DNA of 42,668 nt from the IMG/VR virus record IMGVR_UViG_3300045988_131541, positions 1 through 42,668 of that record, one strand, 5' to 3'. This stretch comes from a virus. Of the stretch, positions 33,799 to 42,015 are shown piece by piece. The notes beneath the pieces are model-generated. The model saw only the letters and a list, made by a program, of their open reading frames with translations, searched no databases and was not told the DNA's origin. Each line of letters begins with the position of its first letter. Positions within the stretch are counted from its first letter, which is position 1. A program made the translations under genes and the position numbers.

Positions 33799-34434
33799 TT
33801 ACCTTTCTACATGTTGATGCATTAAAACATATTCTGAATTTTTTCCCATGTTATTTAATAAAAATTCACTTGCTTGTTGTTTACTTAAATGACTATCTTT
33901 TGCTCTAAATTCATATACATATTTGCAGTCTTGTTGTTTTTCTTTTATTCTTTCTTCTATCTCATCTTCATCGTAATTACCTTCAACAAGATACAAATCA
34001 TAATTTTTAGCACTTATTCCCTCAACTGTTTTTGTATCTGTCATATAGATTACTTTATAATCATCAAATAGCACTCTATAGCCACATTGTGGTACATCAT
34101 GATATAATTTAATTGGTACAATTTTAAATAGTTTATAATCGTATTTAGTGCCAATTTGAAGTACATCTATATTTTTTCTTTCAACTTCACATTCTAAAAG
34201 TGGTTTTAATAACCATTCACAACAAGCAAATCTTAAAGTTGGTCTTTCTTGTGCTAATTTCTTAATTGTTTCTTTTTTGAAATGGTCTGAATGTATGTGT
34301 GTTAGAAGTACTATTTTTAGTTTCTTATAATACTTCTCTAATTTTTTAAATGTAACTCCACAATCTATTAAAATTATGTCTTTTATTATTGTTGCATTTC
34401 CTGTGCTACAGCTTGATATAATTTTATAGTTCAT
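33799..34434 (-). CDS. Metallo-beta-lactamase-fold hydrolase/nuclease
   Basis: LLTHIHSDH (HxHxDH) motif. Overlaps the end of recT. Confidence 0.75.
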   Translation of the reverse strand: MNYKIISSCSTGNATIIKDIILIDCGVTFKKLEKYYKKLKIVLLTHIHSDHFKKETIKKLAQERPTLRFACCEWLLKPLLECEVERKNIDVLQIGTKYDYKLFKIVPIKLYHDVPQCGYRVLFDDYKVIYMTDTKTVEGISAKNYDLYLVEGNYDEDEIEERIKEKQQDCKYVYEFRAKDSHLSKQQASEFLLNNMGKNSEYVLMHQHVER

Positions 34435-35107
34435 TCATTGATACCTCTTTTGTATTTTCTGTTTGTTCTTCTATTTCAGCTTGTACCTCAATAGGTTCTT
34501 GTTGTGGAATTTCTTGTTGCATTTCTTCTGCTTCATACATTCCTGCTAAATCTTCAACAAATGTTTCTCTTAATGCTCTTACTTTTGCAACTTTCTCAAC
34601 CATTGTTGCTCCTTTACTTCCCCAGTTTGAATTTAATTGTCCTTGTCCTGTTTTTTGTGCTACTTCATTAAAACTTACACTTGAATATGTAGGATGTGTC
34701 CAGTCTTTTCTAAATACCCTAGCCCAACCACCTACAAGTTGTTCATTTCCTAATCTAAATGTTCCTTGTCTTTCTTCTACACTTCCATCTTCTTTTTGGA
34801 CTATGATTCCACTTTCCATTCCGTCATAATTTGGATTGAGTACTGCTCTTTTTAAAATTGCATCTTTTCCCACTACTAATTGTGCAGGTACTCCTGCTTT
34901 ATATTTAATTAAATATGCTTCTCTTAAAAATGGGTTTAATTTCCTAACTTTGCAAAGTTCTGTAAATAACTTAAATTCTTGATTTGTTATTTTTGCGTCT
35001 GTTCCTACTATATACTCTTGCACTATGCTTGGTGTTAATTTTATTTCATTTCCGTCAATATCAAATTTGACCATTAATTCATTATTTTTTTGTACTTCAT
35101 TACTCAT
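34424..35107 (-). CDS. recT: RecT-family single-strand annealing recombinase
   Basis: LNPFLREAYLIKY..QLVVGKDAILKRA..MVEKVAKVRALRETF pattern. ATG at 35107 with SD GGAGG. Confidence 0.8.
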   Translation of the reverse strand: MSNEVQKNNELMVKFDIDGNEIKLTPSIVQEYIVGTDAKITNQEFKLFTELCKVRKLNPFLREAYLIKYKAGVPAQLVVGKDAILKRAVLNPNYDGMESGIIVQKEDGSVEERQGTFRLGNEQLVGGWARVFRKDWTHPTYSSVSFNEVAQKTGQGQLNSNWGSKGATMVEKVAKVRALRETFVEDLAGMYEAEEMQQEIPQQEPIEVQAEIEEQTENTKEVSMNEL

Positions 35108-35924
35108 AATCGTAGCCTCCACTTTCTAAAAATTGTTTTAATTCTCTTAATTTTGTTCTTGTCCCTCTTACTGTAAATTTTAAAGTTAAAATTTCTTCTG
35201 TTTTTTCTTCTACGGATGGTGAAATTAATATTATTTGTTCACTATACTTGTCTGACTCTTTTGCAGTATCCACAACAAATTTTTGAAGTTCTTTTTCTTG
35301 TTCTATTTTTTTCTTTTCTTCTTCAATAGCCTTAAATCTATTTGTCACACTTGTTATTGCTTGTGATACATTTAATATTTGTTTGTATTCAACTAATATT
35401 TCTGTTTTATGCTCTTGTGTTTCAATTAGTTTTAAATCATCCACTATTTTGTCAATAAATTGTTTTGCTTGTTCTTTTAAACTTTTCATACTTGCTGATA
35501 ATGTTATATTTATTCTTGCTTGTTCATATGTAATAAAATCAATATTATTTGCTTCTTTATATTCTTCAAAGTAATCTTTTATTTCTTTTTCTTTTTTTGA
35601 TTTCAATTCATTTTCAACATTATCTATTTTCCCTTTTAGAATTATGTCAGCATTTCTGAATTTATCGGATATACATTCTTTATAGACATTTTCAAAATCA
35701 TTGTAAGGTTTTAATACTTGTTCTTTTACTAATTTTCTTTTGTTTTCAAATTCTTTATAATCTTTATTTAATTCTGCTCTTATTTCTTTTATTGTTTTTA
35801 CTGACTCTTCTGTACATACTAAACTTGTTGCATTTTTCACTCTTTCATCTATAACTGTACTTACACTTCTTAATTGTTCCTCTATTACAGGTAACTGCTT
35901 TACTTCTATTAAGCCCTTTATCAT
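35100..35924 (-). CDS. DUF1351-like protein (commonly partnered with RecT in Firmicute phages)
   Basis: 274-aa coiled-coil ORF directly upstream of recT. N-terminus IEVKQLPVIEEQL. Confidence 0.55.
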   Translation of the reverse strand: MIKGLIEVKQLPVIEEQLRSVSTVIDERVKNATSLVCTEESVKTIKEIRAELNKDYKEFENKRKLVKEQVLKPYNDFENVYKECISDKFRNADIILKGKIDNVENELKSKKEKEIKDYFEEYKEANNIDFITYEQARINITLSASMKSLKEQAKQFIDKIVDDLKLIETQEHKTEILVEYKQILNVSQAITSVTNRFKAIEEEKKKIEQEKELQKFVVDTAKESDKYSEQIILISPSVEEKTEEILTLKFTVRGTRTKLRELKQFLESGGYDYE

Positions 35925-36056
35925 TTAATTTTCTCCTTTCAATTTCTTAATTTTTTCTTTTAATTCATCAGCATATTTATAATCTCTACTGCTCCACGTA
36001 TCTTGCATTTCTAACATAAAATATTTTTCTTCTAATTCTTCTAATGTTTCTGACAT
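35925..36056 (-). CDS. Small acidic protein (43 aa; not in the ORF track)
   Basis: Hand translation: MSETLEELEEKYFMLEMQDTWSSRDYKYADELKEKIKKLKGEN. Its stop abuts the next ATG. Confidence 0.45.
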   Translation of the reverse strand: MSETLEELEEKYFMLEMQDTWSSRDYKYADELKEKIKKLKGEN

Positions 36057-36130
36057 TTTTTTCAATTACTCCCCTTGCATTTTTTTATTTTCTGTGCTAT
36101 TATTTATTTAGTTATGTTTAATTAATAAGT

Positions 36131-36442
36131 TTATTTTGTACTATTTGTTTGAACTGGTTTCGCAAATAGTACATTTTTTATTTTTTCGAAAGTAATAAAA
36201 TAATCTTCTTTGCTTTCTTCTGATTTTTTTATAATGTCTTCTATTTCTTTTATCTTCCTTGCGAAAAATGTTGTTCTTATTTCTGCTATTTCATTATTTT
36301 TAAGCTTGTCCTTATTGTCTTTAAGTTCTTTTTGTAATTCATCTATCGTTGTTATTAACTCGTAATCTTGTCCAAAGCCCGTAACTATCATTACAATAAT
36401 TGCTATAATAAAACCCAGAATTATACCTATAAATACTTCCAC
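36131..36442 (-). CDS. Membrane-anchored hypothetical protein
   Basis: 103 aa with an N-terminal TM helix. SD GGAGGG. Confidence 0.55.
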   Translation of the reverse strand: MEVFIGIILGFIIAIIVMIVTGFGQDYELITTIDELQKELKDNKDKLKNNEIAEIRTTFFARKIKEIEDIIKKSEESKEDYFITFEKIKNVLFAKPVQTNSTK

Positions 36443-36458
36443 TCTCTTTCCCTCCTTT

Positions 36459-36644
36459 CTATCCCAATATTCTATTTAGCTTTCTATCTAACTTGTTCAA
36501 GCCTTTCCATATTTCTTGATATAGATTGATCTTGAAAACTTTATAAACCATAACTTCTGTTACTATTGCTAATATAATTGTTCCTACTAGCTCTGCTACT
36601 ACTACCATACTGCATAAAAATAAATCTACTAAATAACTTATCAT
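36459..36644 (-). CDS. Small membrane protein
   Basis: 61 aa with two hydrophobic segments. SD GAAGGTG sits 6 nt before the ATG. Confidence 0.5.
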   Translation of the reverse strand: MISYLVDLFLCSMVVVAELVGTIILAIVTEVMVYKVFKINLYQEIWKGLNKLDRKLNRILG

Positions 36645-36662
36645 TTGTTACACCTTCTTTCT

Positions 36663-36770
36663 TTATCTTGAATATATACTTTCTAAATATTTTTCTATTA
36701 CCTCTTTTGTTTTTTGCTTTTGCTCTTCTGTTAATGGATTTACCACATTTACTTTTAATTCTTTTTCCAT
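36663..36770 (-). CDS. Small hypothetical protein (35 aa; not in the ORF track)
   Basis: Hand translation: MEKELKVNVVNPLTEEQKQKTKEVIEKYLESIYSR. SD AGAGGTG sits 6 nt upstream. It replaces the overlapping 86-aa track ORF. Confidence 0.4.
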   Translation of the reverse strand: MEKELKVNVVNPLTEEQKQKTKEVIEKYLESIYSR

Positions 36771-36862
36771 TTTTAACACCTCTTGTTTTTATATTATTCA
36801 TATGGCTTGTTTAATTTGTTAATTCTGATATATAATAAACCTGACCTTTAGTTTTTATCTTG

Positions 36863-37066
36863 TTAGGATAATTCATTCTTAAAAAAAATTTCTTCTATCG
36901 GCATTCCTAGTATCTCTGAAATAATTTTGCCCTCTTCTAATGTAAAAGGAACACTTCCGGTCTCTTTTTTATAATAAGCACCTTCAGTTTTTAATCCAAG
37001 TTTGTCAGCTATTTCTTTAGCTTTAATGTTTTTTTCATTTCTAATTTTTCTCAACATTTCAAACAT
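36863..37066 (-). CDS. Cro-like XRE-family HTH protein
   Basis: LRKIRNEKNIKAKEIADKLGL.. is an HTH. Divergent from the repressor gene. ATG at 37066 with SD AGAGGTG. Confidence 0.75.
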   Translation of the reverse strand: MFEMLRKIRNEKNIKAKEIADKLGLKTEGAYYKKETGSVPFTLEEGKIISEILGMPIEEIFFKNELS

Positions 37067-37096
37067 TTTTTTCACCTCTTTTTTCCTGTTGAGATA

Positions 37097-37202
37097 ATAA
37101 TATATTACATCTTTTATCTTGTCAAGATATTTATCTAAATTTTTTATATTTTTTTTCCTAATAGGAAATTATGTTTACTTTCCTATTAAGATAGTTTATA
37201 AT
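37097..37202. promoter_or_regulatory. Lysis/lysogeny switch: divergent promoters and palindromic operators
   Basis: Minus-strand promoter: TTGACA (37120-25), 17 bp, TATTAT (37097-102). Plus-strand promoter: TTTACT (37174-79), 17 bp, TATAAT (37197-202). Palindromes: ATCTTGtCAAGAT (37116-28), TTTCCTAaTAGGAAA (37154-68), and the related half-site TTTCCTATTAAG (37179-90). Confidence 0.7.
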
Positions 37203-37223
37203 ACATAAAGGAGGTAGATTATC

Positions 37224-37832
37224 TTGAATAGAATAAAACAATTGAGAAACGAAAAAAATATAAAGCAAGATGTATTAGCAAATTTATTAAATTTAGAAGT
37301 TGCTGGTGTAAGCAAGTTAGAGACTGGAAGAGTACCTCTAAAAGATGAATATATAATAAAATTATCTGAATATTTTAATGTGTCGACTGACTATTTACTA
37401 GGTAAGTCCAATATAAGAAACTCAGAAAATAATCAAGAACTTAAAATACCAGTTTTAGGAGTTGTAAAAGCAGGTTATAACTGGCTAGCTGATGAAAATG
37501 TTATTGGATATGTTAGTGTTAATGATAAAACTTTAAAAGGAGATGGTTTCTTCGCCGTTCAGGTTAAAGGCATTTCAATGGTACCTGAAATATACGAAGG
37601 CGATATTGCCATCGTTAAAAAACAAAATGATTTTGAGAATGGGGATTATGTTGTTGCCCTAATTAACGGAGATGAAGCAACAATAAAAAAAGCTTATAAA
37701 AACGATACTGGACTTCTATTAAGACCTGCAAACAATTCTGTAGAACCTTTAATATTCACAAAGGAAGATATAGAAACTCTACCAGTTACCATTATTGGTG
37801 TAGTTTATAATATTACAAGGAGTTTTAAATAA
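37224..37832 (+). CDS. CI/LexA-like repressor (XRE HTH plus S24 peptidase domain)
   Basis: N-terminal HTH. C-terminal GISMVPEIYEGDIAIV ... ATIKKA provides the Ser/Lys dyad context. TTG start with SD AAAGGAGG. Confidence 0.85.
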   Translation: MNRIKQLRNEKNIKQDVLANLLNLEVAGVSKLETGRVPLKDEYIIKLSEYFNVSTDYLLGKSNIRNSENNQELKIPVLGVVKAGYNWLADENVIGYVSVNDKTLKGDGFFAVQVKGISMVPEIYEGDIAIVKKQNDFENGDYVVALINGDEATIKKAYKNDTGLLLRPANNSVEPLIFTKEDIETLPVTIIGVVYNITRSFK

Positions 37833-37879
37833 GGAAGCTAGATAAGAAATAGAATTTTAAGATAACAAGGAGAAATGAA

Positions 37880-38143
37880 ATGAGTATAATAACTGAACTT
37901 AAAGCAAAAAAATGTTTAAAATGTGGAGCAGAAACTACTTCTAATGATGAAGAAGAACTGTTTTGTTCTAAATGTGGTGCACCTATTGTAAATCGCTGTT
38001 CTAATTATAATTGTGATAAAATTTTAAAAGAAGATGCACAATTTTGTAAATATTGTGGCGCTCCCTCTATATTTAAAAATTATGGATTATTTGATAATAG
38101 TGCTCCTAAATTTTTAGACAATATAGATAATCTACCATTTTAA
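37880..38143 (+). CDS. Double zinc-ribbon protein
   Basis: CLKCG..CSKCG..C..C..CKYCG. No terminator lies between it and the repressor gene. Confidence 0.65.
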   Translation: MSIITELKAKKCLKCGAETTSNDEEELFCSKCGAPIVNRCSNYNCDKILKEDAQFCKYCGAPSIFKNYGLFDNSAPKFLDNIDNLPF

Positions 38144-38928
38144 TGTATTTACTTTATATAGATGATTCTGGTTCTTGTGATTTAAAAAAAGATGAAATAT
38201 GCATGAAAAATGGGGGCGCAAATTCTAGATATTTTGTTTTAGGTTCTATCTTATTAAAAGCGCATGAGTTAAATAGAATAGAACCACAAATTGAATACAT
38301 AAGGACCTTCTGTTTAGGAGATAATTTAAAAGAACTAAAACATAGTGTTAAGTCTCAATTTATGCAATGTATGACAAATTGCCATAAAAATAAATCCGAC
38401 ATTCCTTGTTATAAGAAAAGTATTGCAAACCTAATAAATTCTTCTAACTGCACAGTTTTTGTTACTTACCAAGATAAATATTTAAATTTCAAGAGTAACT
38501 TGGTAAGTTCTAAAAATGATATTTACAGACTATCTTTTGAGCACTTATTAAAGAGTGTTGATGATTATATGTATTATAAAAATATTCAAGAAGATGTCAT
38601 TGTTTTTATAGACAAAAAAGATGGAGGTCCTGAGAAGGATAAGCTAATATATAAATCATATAAACAAGCATTATCTAATAAAAGATTATTTAAAGCATTT
38701 AATAATACTATTTTCAGCCCTACTATAAACATTGTTTATTCTCAGTTTACTTCTGGCTGTCAATTAGCAGATTTTATTGCTGGTTCAGTATGGAACTTTT
38801 TTGAGAATAAAGATAACAAAGAAAGACAAAGTGAACTAAAAAAATATACTTCATTATATGCTAATAAGGTATATCAAAGAGACGGAAAAATGTTAGGGTT
38901 AAAGTGCTGTGATAGTCTTTTGAAATAA
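38143..38928 (+). CDS. DUF3800-family protein
   Basis: N-terminal LYIDDSGS and C-terminal CQLADFIAG are hallmark DUF3800 motifs. TAATG coupling to the zinc-ribbon gene. Confidence 0.7.
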   Translation: MYLLYIDDSGSCDLKKDEICMKNGGANSRYFVLGSILLKAHELNRIEPQIEYIRTFCLGDNLKELKHSVKSQFMQCMTNCHKNKSDIPCYKKSIANLINSSNCTVFVTYQDKYLNFKSNLVSSKNDIYRLSFEHLLKSVDDYMYYKNIQEDVIVFIDKKDGGPEKDKLIYKSYKQALSNKRLFKAFNNTIFSPTINIVYSQFTSGCQLADFIAGSVWNFFENKDNKERQSELKKYTSLYANKVYQRDGKMLGLKCCDSLLK

Positions 38929-38935
38929 AAAAAGA

Positions 38936-38974
38936 ATGGAACCTACAACCCATAGGGTCGTTTACAGGTTCCAT
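38936..38974. repeat. 9-bp inverted repeat / hairpin upstream of the integrase gene
   Basis: atggaacct (38936-44) and aggttccat (38966-74), 21-nt spacer. There is an A run on the 5' side only. Confidence 0.7.
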
Positions 38975-39114
38975 GTCTGTTAATAATTCTAGTGTTATTT
39001 ATTATAACATATAGAATTGTAGTTTGTCAAATTCGACACTAATATTTTATTCAATTTTATTAAAATTATTCTTGCAATATTTTTATAATATTAATTTAAA
39101 AGGAGCTATAAACA

Positions 39115-40572
39115 ATGATTAAACGAGGTGCTTGTTACATTAGGGTAAGTACGAACGACCAACTAGAGTTTAGCCCTGATGCACAATTAAAAGCTATAAA
39201 AAAATATGCTAAAGATAATGACATAATTATAGATGATGATTATGTTTTTATTGACGAGGGAATTTCAGGAAGAAAGGCTAGTAAAAGACCTGCTTTTCAA
39301 CAAATGATAAAAATAGCCAAAAGTAAACCAAAAAAATTTGATGTTATTTTAGTACATAAATTTGATAGATTTGCTCGTTCTCGTGAAGACAGTGTTGTAT
39401 ACAAATCATTACTAAGGAAAGAATGTGACATTAAAGTTATTTCAATTACTGAGAGTATTGAAGATGATAAGTTTTCAGTCATACTTGAAGCTATGCTTGA
39501 GGCTATGGCGGAATATTATTCATTAAATCTTGCTGACGAAGTAAAAAAAGGTATGACGGAAAAAGCTATAAGAGGGCAATATCAGTCTTCTCCACCCTTC
39601 GGGTACAAAATGGAAAATAAAAAATTGGTAATTATAGAAGATGAGGCTCAAGTCGTTAGAATGATTTTTGACAAATTTTTAAATTATGATCCATCTTTTC
39701 TTAGATTGGCTAAAATGGTTAACGCTCTTGGATATAAAACACATAGAGGAGGACTTTTTGAAAACAGGACAATAGAATATATTTTAAATAATCCTGTATA
39801 TTGTGGAATGGCGCGTTGGACTCCAACGGGTAAAATAAGAAGAAATTATTCATCTTCTGATAGCATTGTTACCAAGTCAGAACATACCCCTATAATTTCC
39901 GAAGAGGTATTCAACCAATGCAAAGAAAAATTAGCCAAAATGAAGGAAATAAACAGAAGATACTATAAAGGAACAAATCCTCAAAACTTGCATTGGCTTA
40001 ATGGTCTTGTTCGTTGTAAAGAATGTGGAAAGACTTTAGTAAGAAGTCAAAAAGACTATTATCAGTGTAGTGGATATGTTAAAGGTGCTTGTTCTACGAG
40101 TCAATTAATTAGGATTGATAAAATTGAGTCTACTATTTTAGAGCAAATCCAAAAAGACTTCGATAGCAAACTAAAATTAAACGTTAAAATCAATTCTAAG
40201 AGCTTTTCAGATAATGAGGTACAAATTATATATAATCAACTAGAAAAATTAAAAGAAAAAGAGTCTCGTATTAAAGAAGCATATATAAACGGAATAGATA
40301 GCATAGAAGAATACAAGGCGAACAAGAAGGATTTACAAGAACAAAAAGAATATTTAAATAATAAGCTTATAGAAAGTAAAAATGGTTTATCAATTAAATC
40401 AAGTGATGCTATTATGAAAGAACAGCTAAGGTCTTATTATGAAATTTTATCTAATCCTAATGTGGAAGTTCAAAGAAAGTATGAGATTTCTCATCTGTTA
40501 ATAGATAGAATAGAGTTCAGTAAAACCGCTTCTACACTGGATTTGCAGTACAAATTATACCAAATGGAGTAA
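39115..40572 (+). CDS. Large serine recombinase (integrase)
   Basis: YIRVSTNDQ catalytic-serine motif, resolvase domain, recombinase domain, zinc ribbon CKECGKTL..C, and a C-terminal coiled coil. Confidence 0.9.
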   Translation: MIKRGACYIRVSTNDQLEFSPDAQLKAIKKYAKDNDIIIDDDYVFIDEGISGRKASKRPAFQQMIKIAKSKPKKFDVILVHKFDRFARSREDSVVYKSLLRKECDIKVISITESIEDDKFSVILEAMLEAMAEYYSLNLADEVKKGMTEKAIRGQYQSSPPFGYKMENKKLVIIEDEAQVVRMIFDKFLNYDPSFLRLAKMVNALGYKTHRGGLFENRTIEYILNNPVYCGMARWTPTGKIRRNYSSSDSIVTKSEHTPIISEEVFNQCKEKLAKMKEINRRYYKGTNPQNLHWLNGLVRCKECGKTLVRSQKDYYQCSGYVKGACSTSQLIRIDKIESTILEQIQKDFDSKLKLNVKINSKSFSDNEVQIIYNQLEKLKEKESRIKEAYINGIDSIEEYKANKKDLQEQKEYLNNKLIESKNGLSIKSSDAIMKEQLRSYYEILSNPNVEVQRKYEISHLLIDRIEFSKTASTLDLQYKLYQME

Positions 40573-40598
40573 GCACCTCCATATTCCGTTTGGTATAG

Positions 40599-40739
40599 TC
40601 ATTTACTTATTATATTATTCAGACATTTCAACCTTCCTGTATGATATGCTTTTACAAAAATTTTAGCAAATAACTTTATAAGAATTATCTCATATTTTTT
40701 AGCGTTTTGGCATATTTCATTTATTATTTCTTTTTCCAT
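40599..40739 (-). CDS. Small hypothetical protein (46 aa; not in the ORF track)
   Basis: Hand translation: MEKEIINEICQNAKKYEIILIKLFAKIFVKAYHTGRLKCLNNIISK. SD GAGGAG sits 7 nt upstream. Confidence 0.35.
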   Translation of the reverse strand: MEKEIINEICQNAKKYEIILIKLFAKIFVKAYHTGRLKCLNNIISK

Positions 40740-40796
40740 ATAAATTCTCCTCTCAGGAGAAACGCGTTTCTTTTATTGATTAATATTATATAAGCC

Positions 40797-40860
40797 ATGT
40801 CGAAAAATGTCAAACAAAATCGTTCGACAAAATACTACTCTTTCTAAAACTGTATATAAT
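40797..40860 (+). promoter_or_regulatory. Putative regulatory region with a TGTCGAA/TTCGACA inverted repeat and a TATAAT
   Basis: tgtcgaa (40798-804) and ttcgaca (40823-29). TATAAT at 40855-60. It lies upstream of the HTH/Spo0E-like gene. Confidence 0.35.
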
Positions 40861-40976
40861 CAAAAAGTCCTTATTTTTCAAGGATTTCAAGCTTTTGGAT
40901 ATGGAGCTGGGAGTTCCATATTGTGTAATGAGAATATTATTATTAAAATTAGAGATAATATATTTGAGGTAATTTT

Positions 40977-41306
40977 ATGATAGTATTTGATATAAAAAGA
41001 ATAAGAAATCGAAAAAACATTACAATTTATGGTTTAAGCAAATTAACAGGCTTGTCTAGAACATATATAAGAAATATTGAGAATAACAAAAATACAAATC
41101 CAACATTAAATTCTCTTTTTTTAATTGCAAATGCATTAGAGATCAACATTAAAGATTTGTTTTATACTTCATTCGATGTATCGGATCTAAGGAAGAAAAT
41201 GCACAGCTATATAGACAAGTATGGATTAGACAGCAAAGAGGTGCTGGAGGTAAGTCAGTTGATAGATTTATTACTTAATATTAATGGCGTAATAAAAAAC
41301 AGCTAA
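40977..41306 (+). CDS. XRE-family HTH fused to a Spo0E-like C-terminal segment
   Basis: N-terminus: ITIYGLSKLTGLSRTYIRNIENNK. C-terminus: LRKKMHSYIDKYGLDSKEVLEVSQLIDLLLN, which resembles the Spo0E signature (..SQxLDxLI). Confidence 0.6.
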   Translation: MIVFDIKRIRNRKNITIYGLSKLTGLSRTYIRNIENNKNTNPTLNSLFLIANALEINIKDLFYTSFDVSDLRKKMHSYIDKYGLDSKEVLEVSQLIDLLLNINGVIKNS

Positions 41307-41321
41307 TAACTAGCTGTTTTT
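41294..41321. terminator. Bidirectional rho-independent terminator between convergent genes
   Basis: aaaaaa-cagcta-ataac-tagctg-ttttt. Confidence 0.7.
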
Positions 41322-41322
41322 C

Positions 41323-42015
41323 TTATTCTAAATCATTATTAATAACAACATTTTGTTCAATTTTTTGAGTTACACTTATATCAAAATTGAAAGCTAAATA
41401 CCAAAGACCTCCAGTTATAATACCAAAGAAAACCAGAAAAATTATAATTCTCTTTTTGAATTTTTCTTGATACAGAGAATAAGTATAGCCAATCATAACT
41501 AATCCAAACGTTATAATGCTTGCTAAAAATGGCAATATATAATTACCGTCAATATGTTCTATTCCAGCTATAGCAGTTGGTATAATTGATATTGCTAGAA
41601 CAATTGATATTATTGTTGTAATAATACTTTTCTGTTCATTTTTTATATCTTCTAATTGCTTTGCTCTATTTGCAGATTCCTTTTCTAGCATTGCTGCTCT
41701 ATTCATTGTTTTCTTTATTTTTTTACTAATTTGATAAGATTCATATTTTAAATTTAGTCTTTGATATTCATATACTAATCTATTAAATTTAGCATTTTTC
41801 TGTATTTGAAATTTTCTCGTTGAATGACACTCTGTAATTATTAAATCTGCTTTTCCTATTATTTCTTTTATTTCTTTTTCATTTTTGTCAGTTATCACTT
41901 CTGATTGCATTTTAATTATCTCGCCCAATATTGCTTTTATATTGGCATTCATTTCTAGAATCGTACTAGTTGTTTCCGTGCTTTGTTCTTCTACTTTTGG
42001 CAGTTTAAGTTTCAT
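41323..42015 (-). CDS. Putative membrane toxin/effector partnered with the Panacea antitoxin (PanT-like)
   Basis: 230 aa. Charged coiled-coil N-terminal half and three predicted C-terminal TM helices. 11-nt overlap with the upstream DUF4065 gene. Confidence 0.5.
   Translation of the reverse strand: MKLKLPKVEEQSTETTSTILEMNANIKAILGEIIKMQSEVITDKNEKEIKEIIGKADLIITECHSTRKFQIQKNAKFNRLVYEYQRLNLKYESYQISKKIKKTMNRAAMLEKESANRAKQLEDIKNEQKSIITTIISIVLAISIIPTAIAGIEHIDGNYILPFLASIITFGLVMIGYTYSLYQEKFKKRIIIFLVFFGIITGGLWYLAFNFDISVTQKIEQNVVINNDLE

Noticed and set aside
36541-36801. Track ORF of 86 aa (MNNIKTRGVKNGKRIK...).
   Set aside because: It overlaps ORF 36459..36644 by about 100 nt in another frame and has an extremely basic, low-complexity sequence. 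The same DNA is better explained by a 35-aa ORF (36663..36770) and the 61-aa ORF, each with a well-spaced SD.
367-36814. Numerous 60-200-aa plus-strand ORFs in the track, such as 842..1234, 8726..9274, 22144..22746 and 28643..29050.
   Set aside because: All lie antisense inside longer, well-supported minus-strand genes. They lack SD sequences and translate to Leu/Phe/Ile/Ser-rich strings, which is typical of shadow frames in AT-rich DNA.
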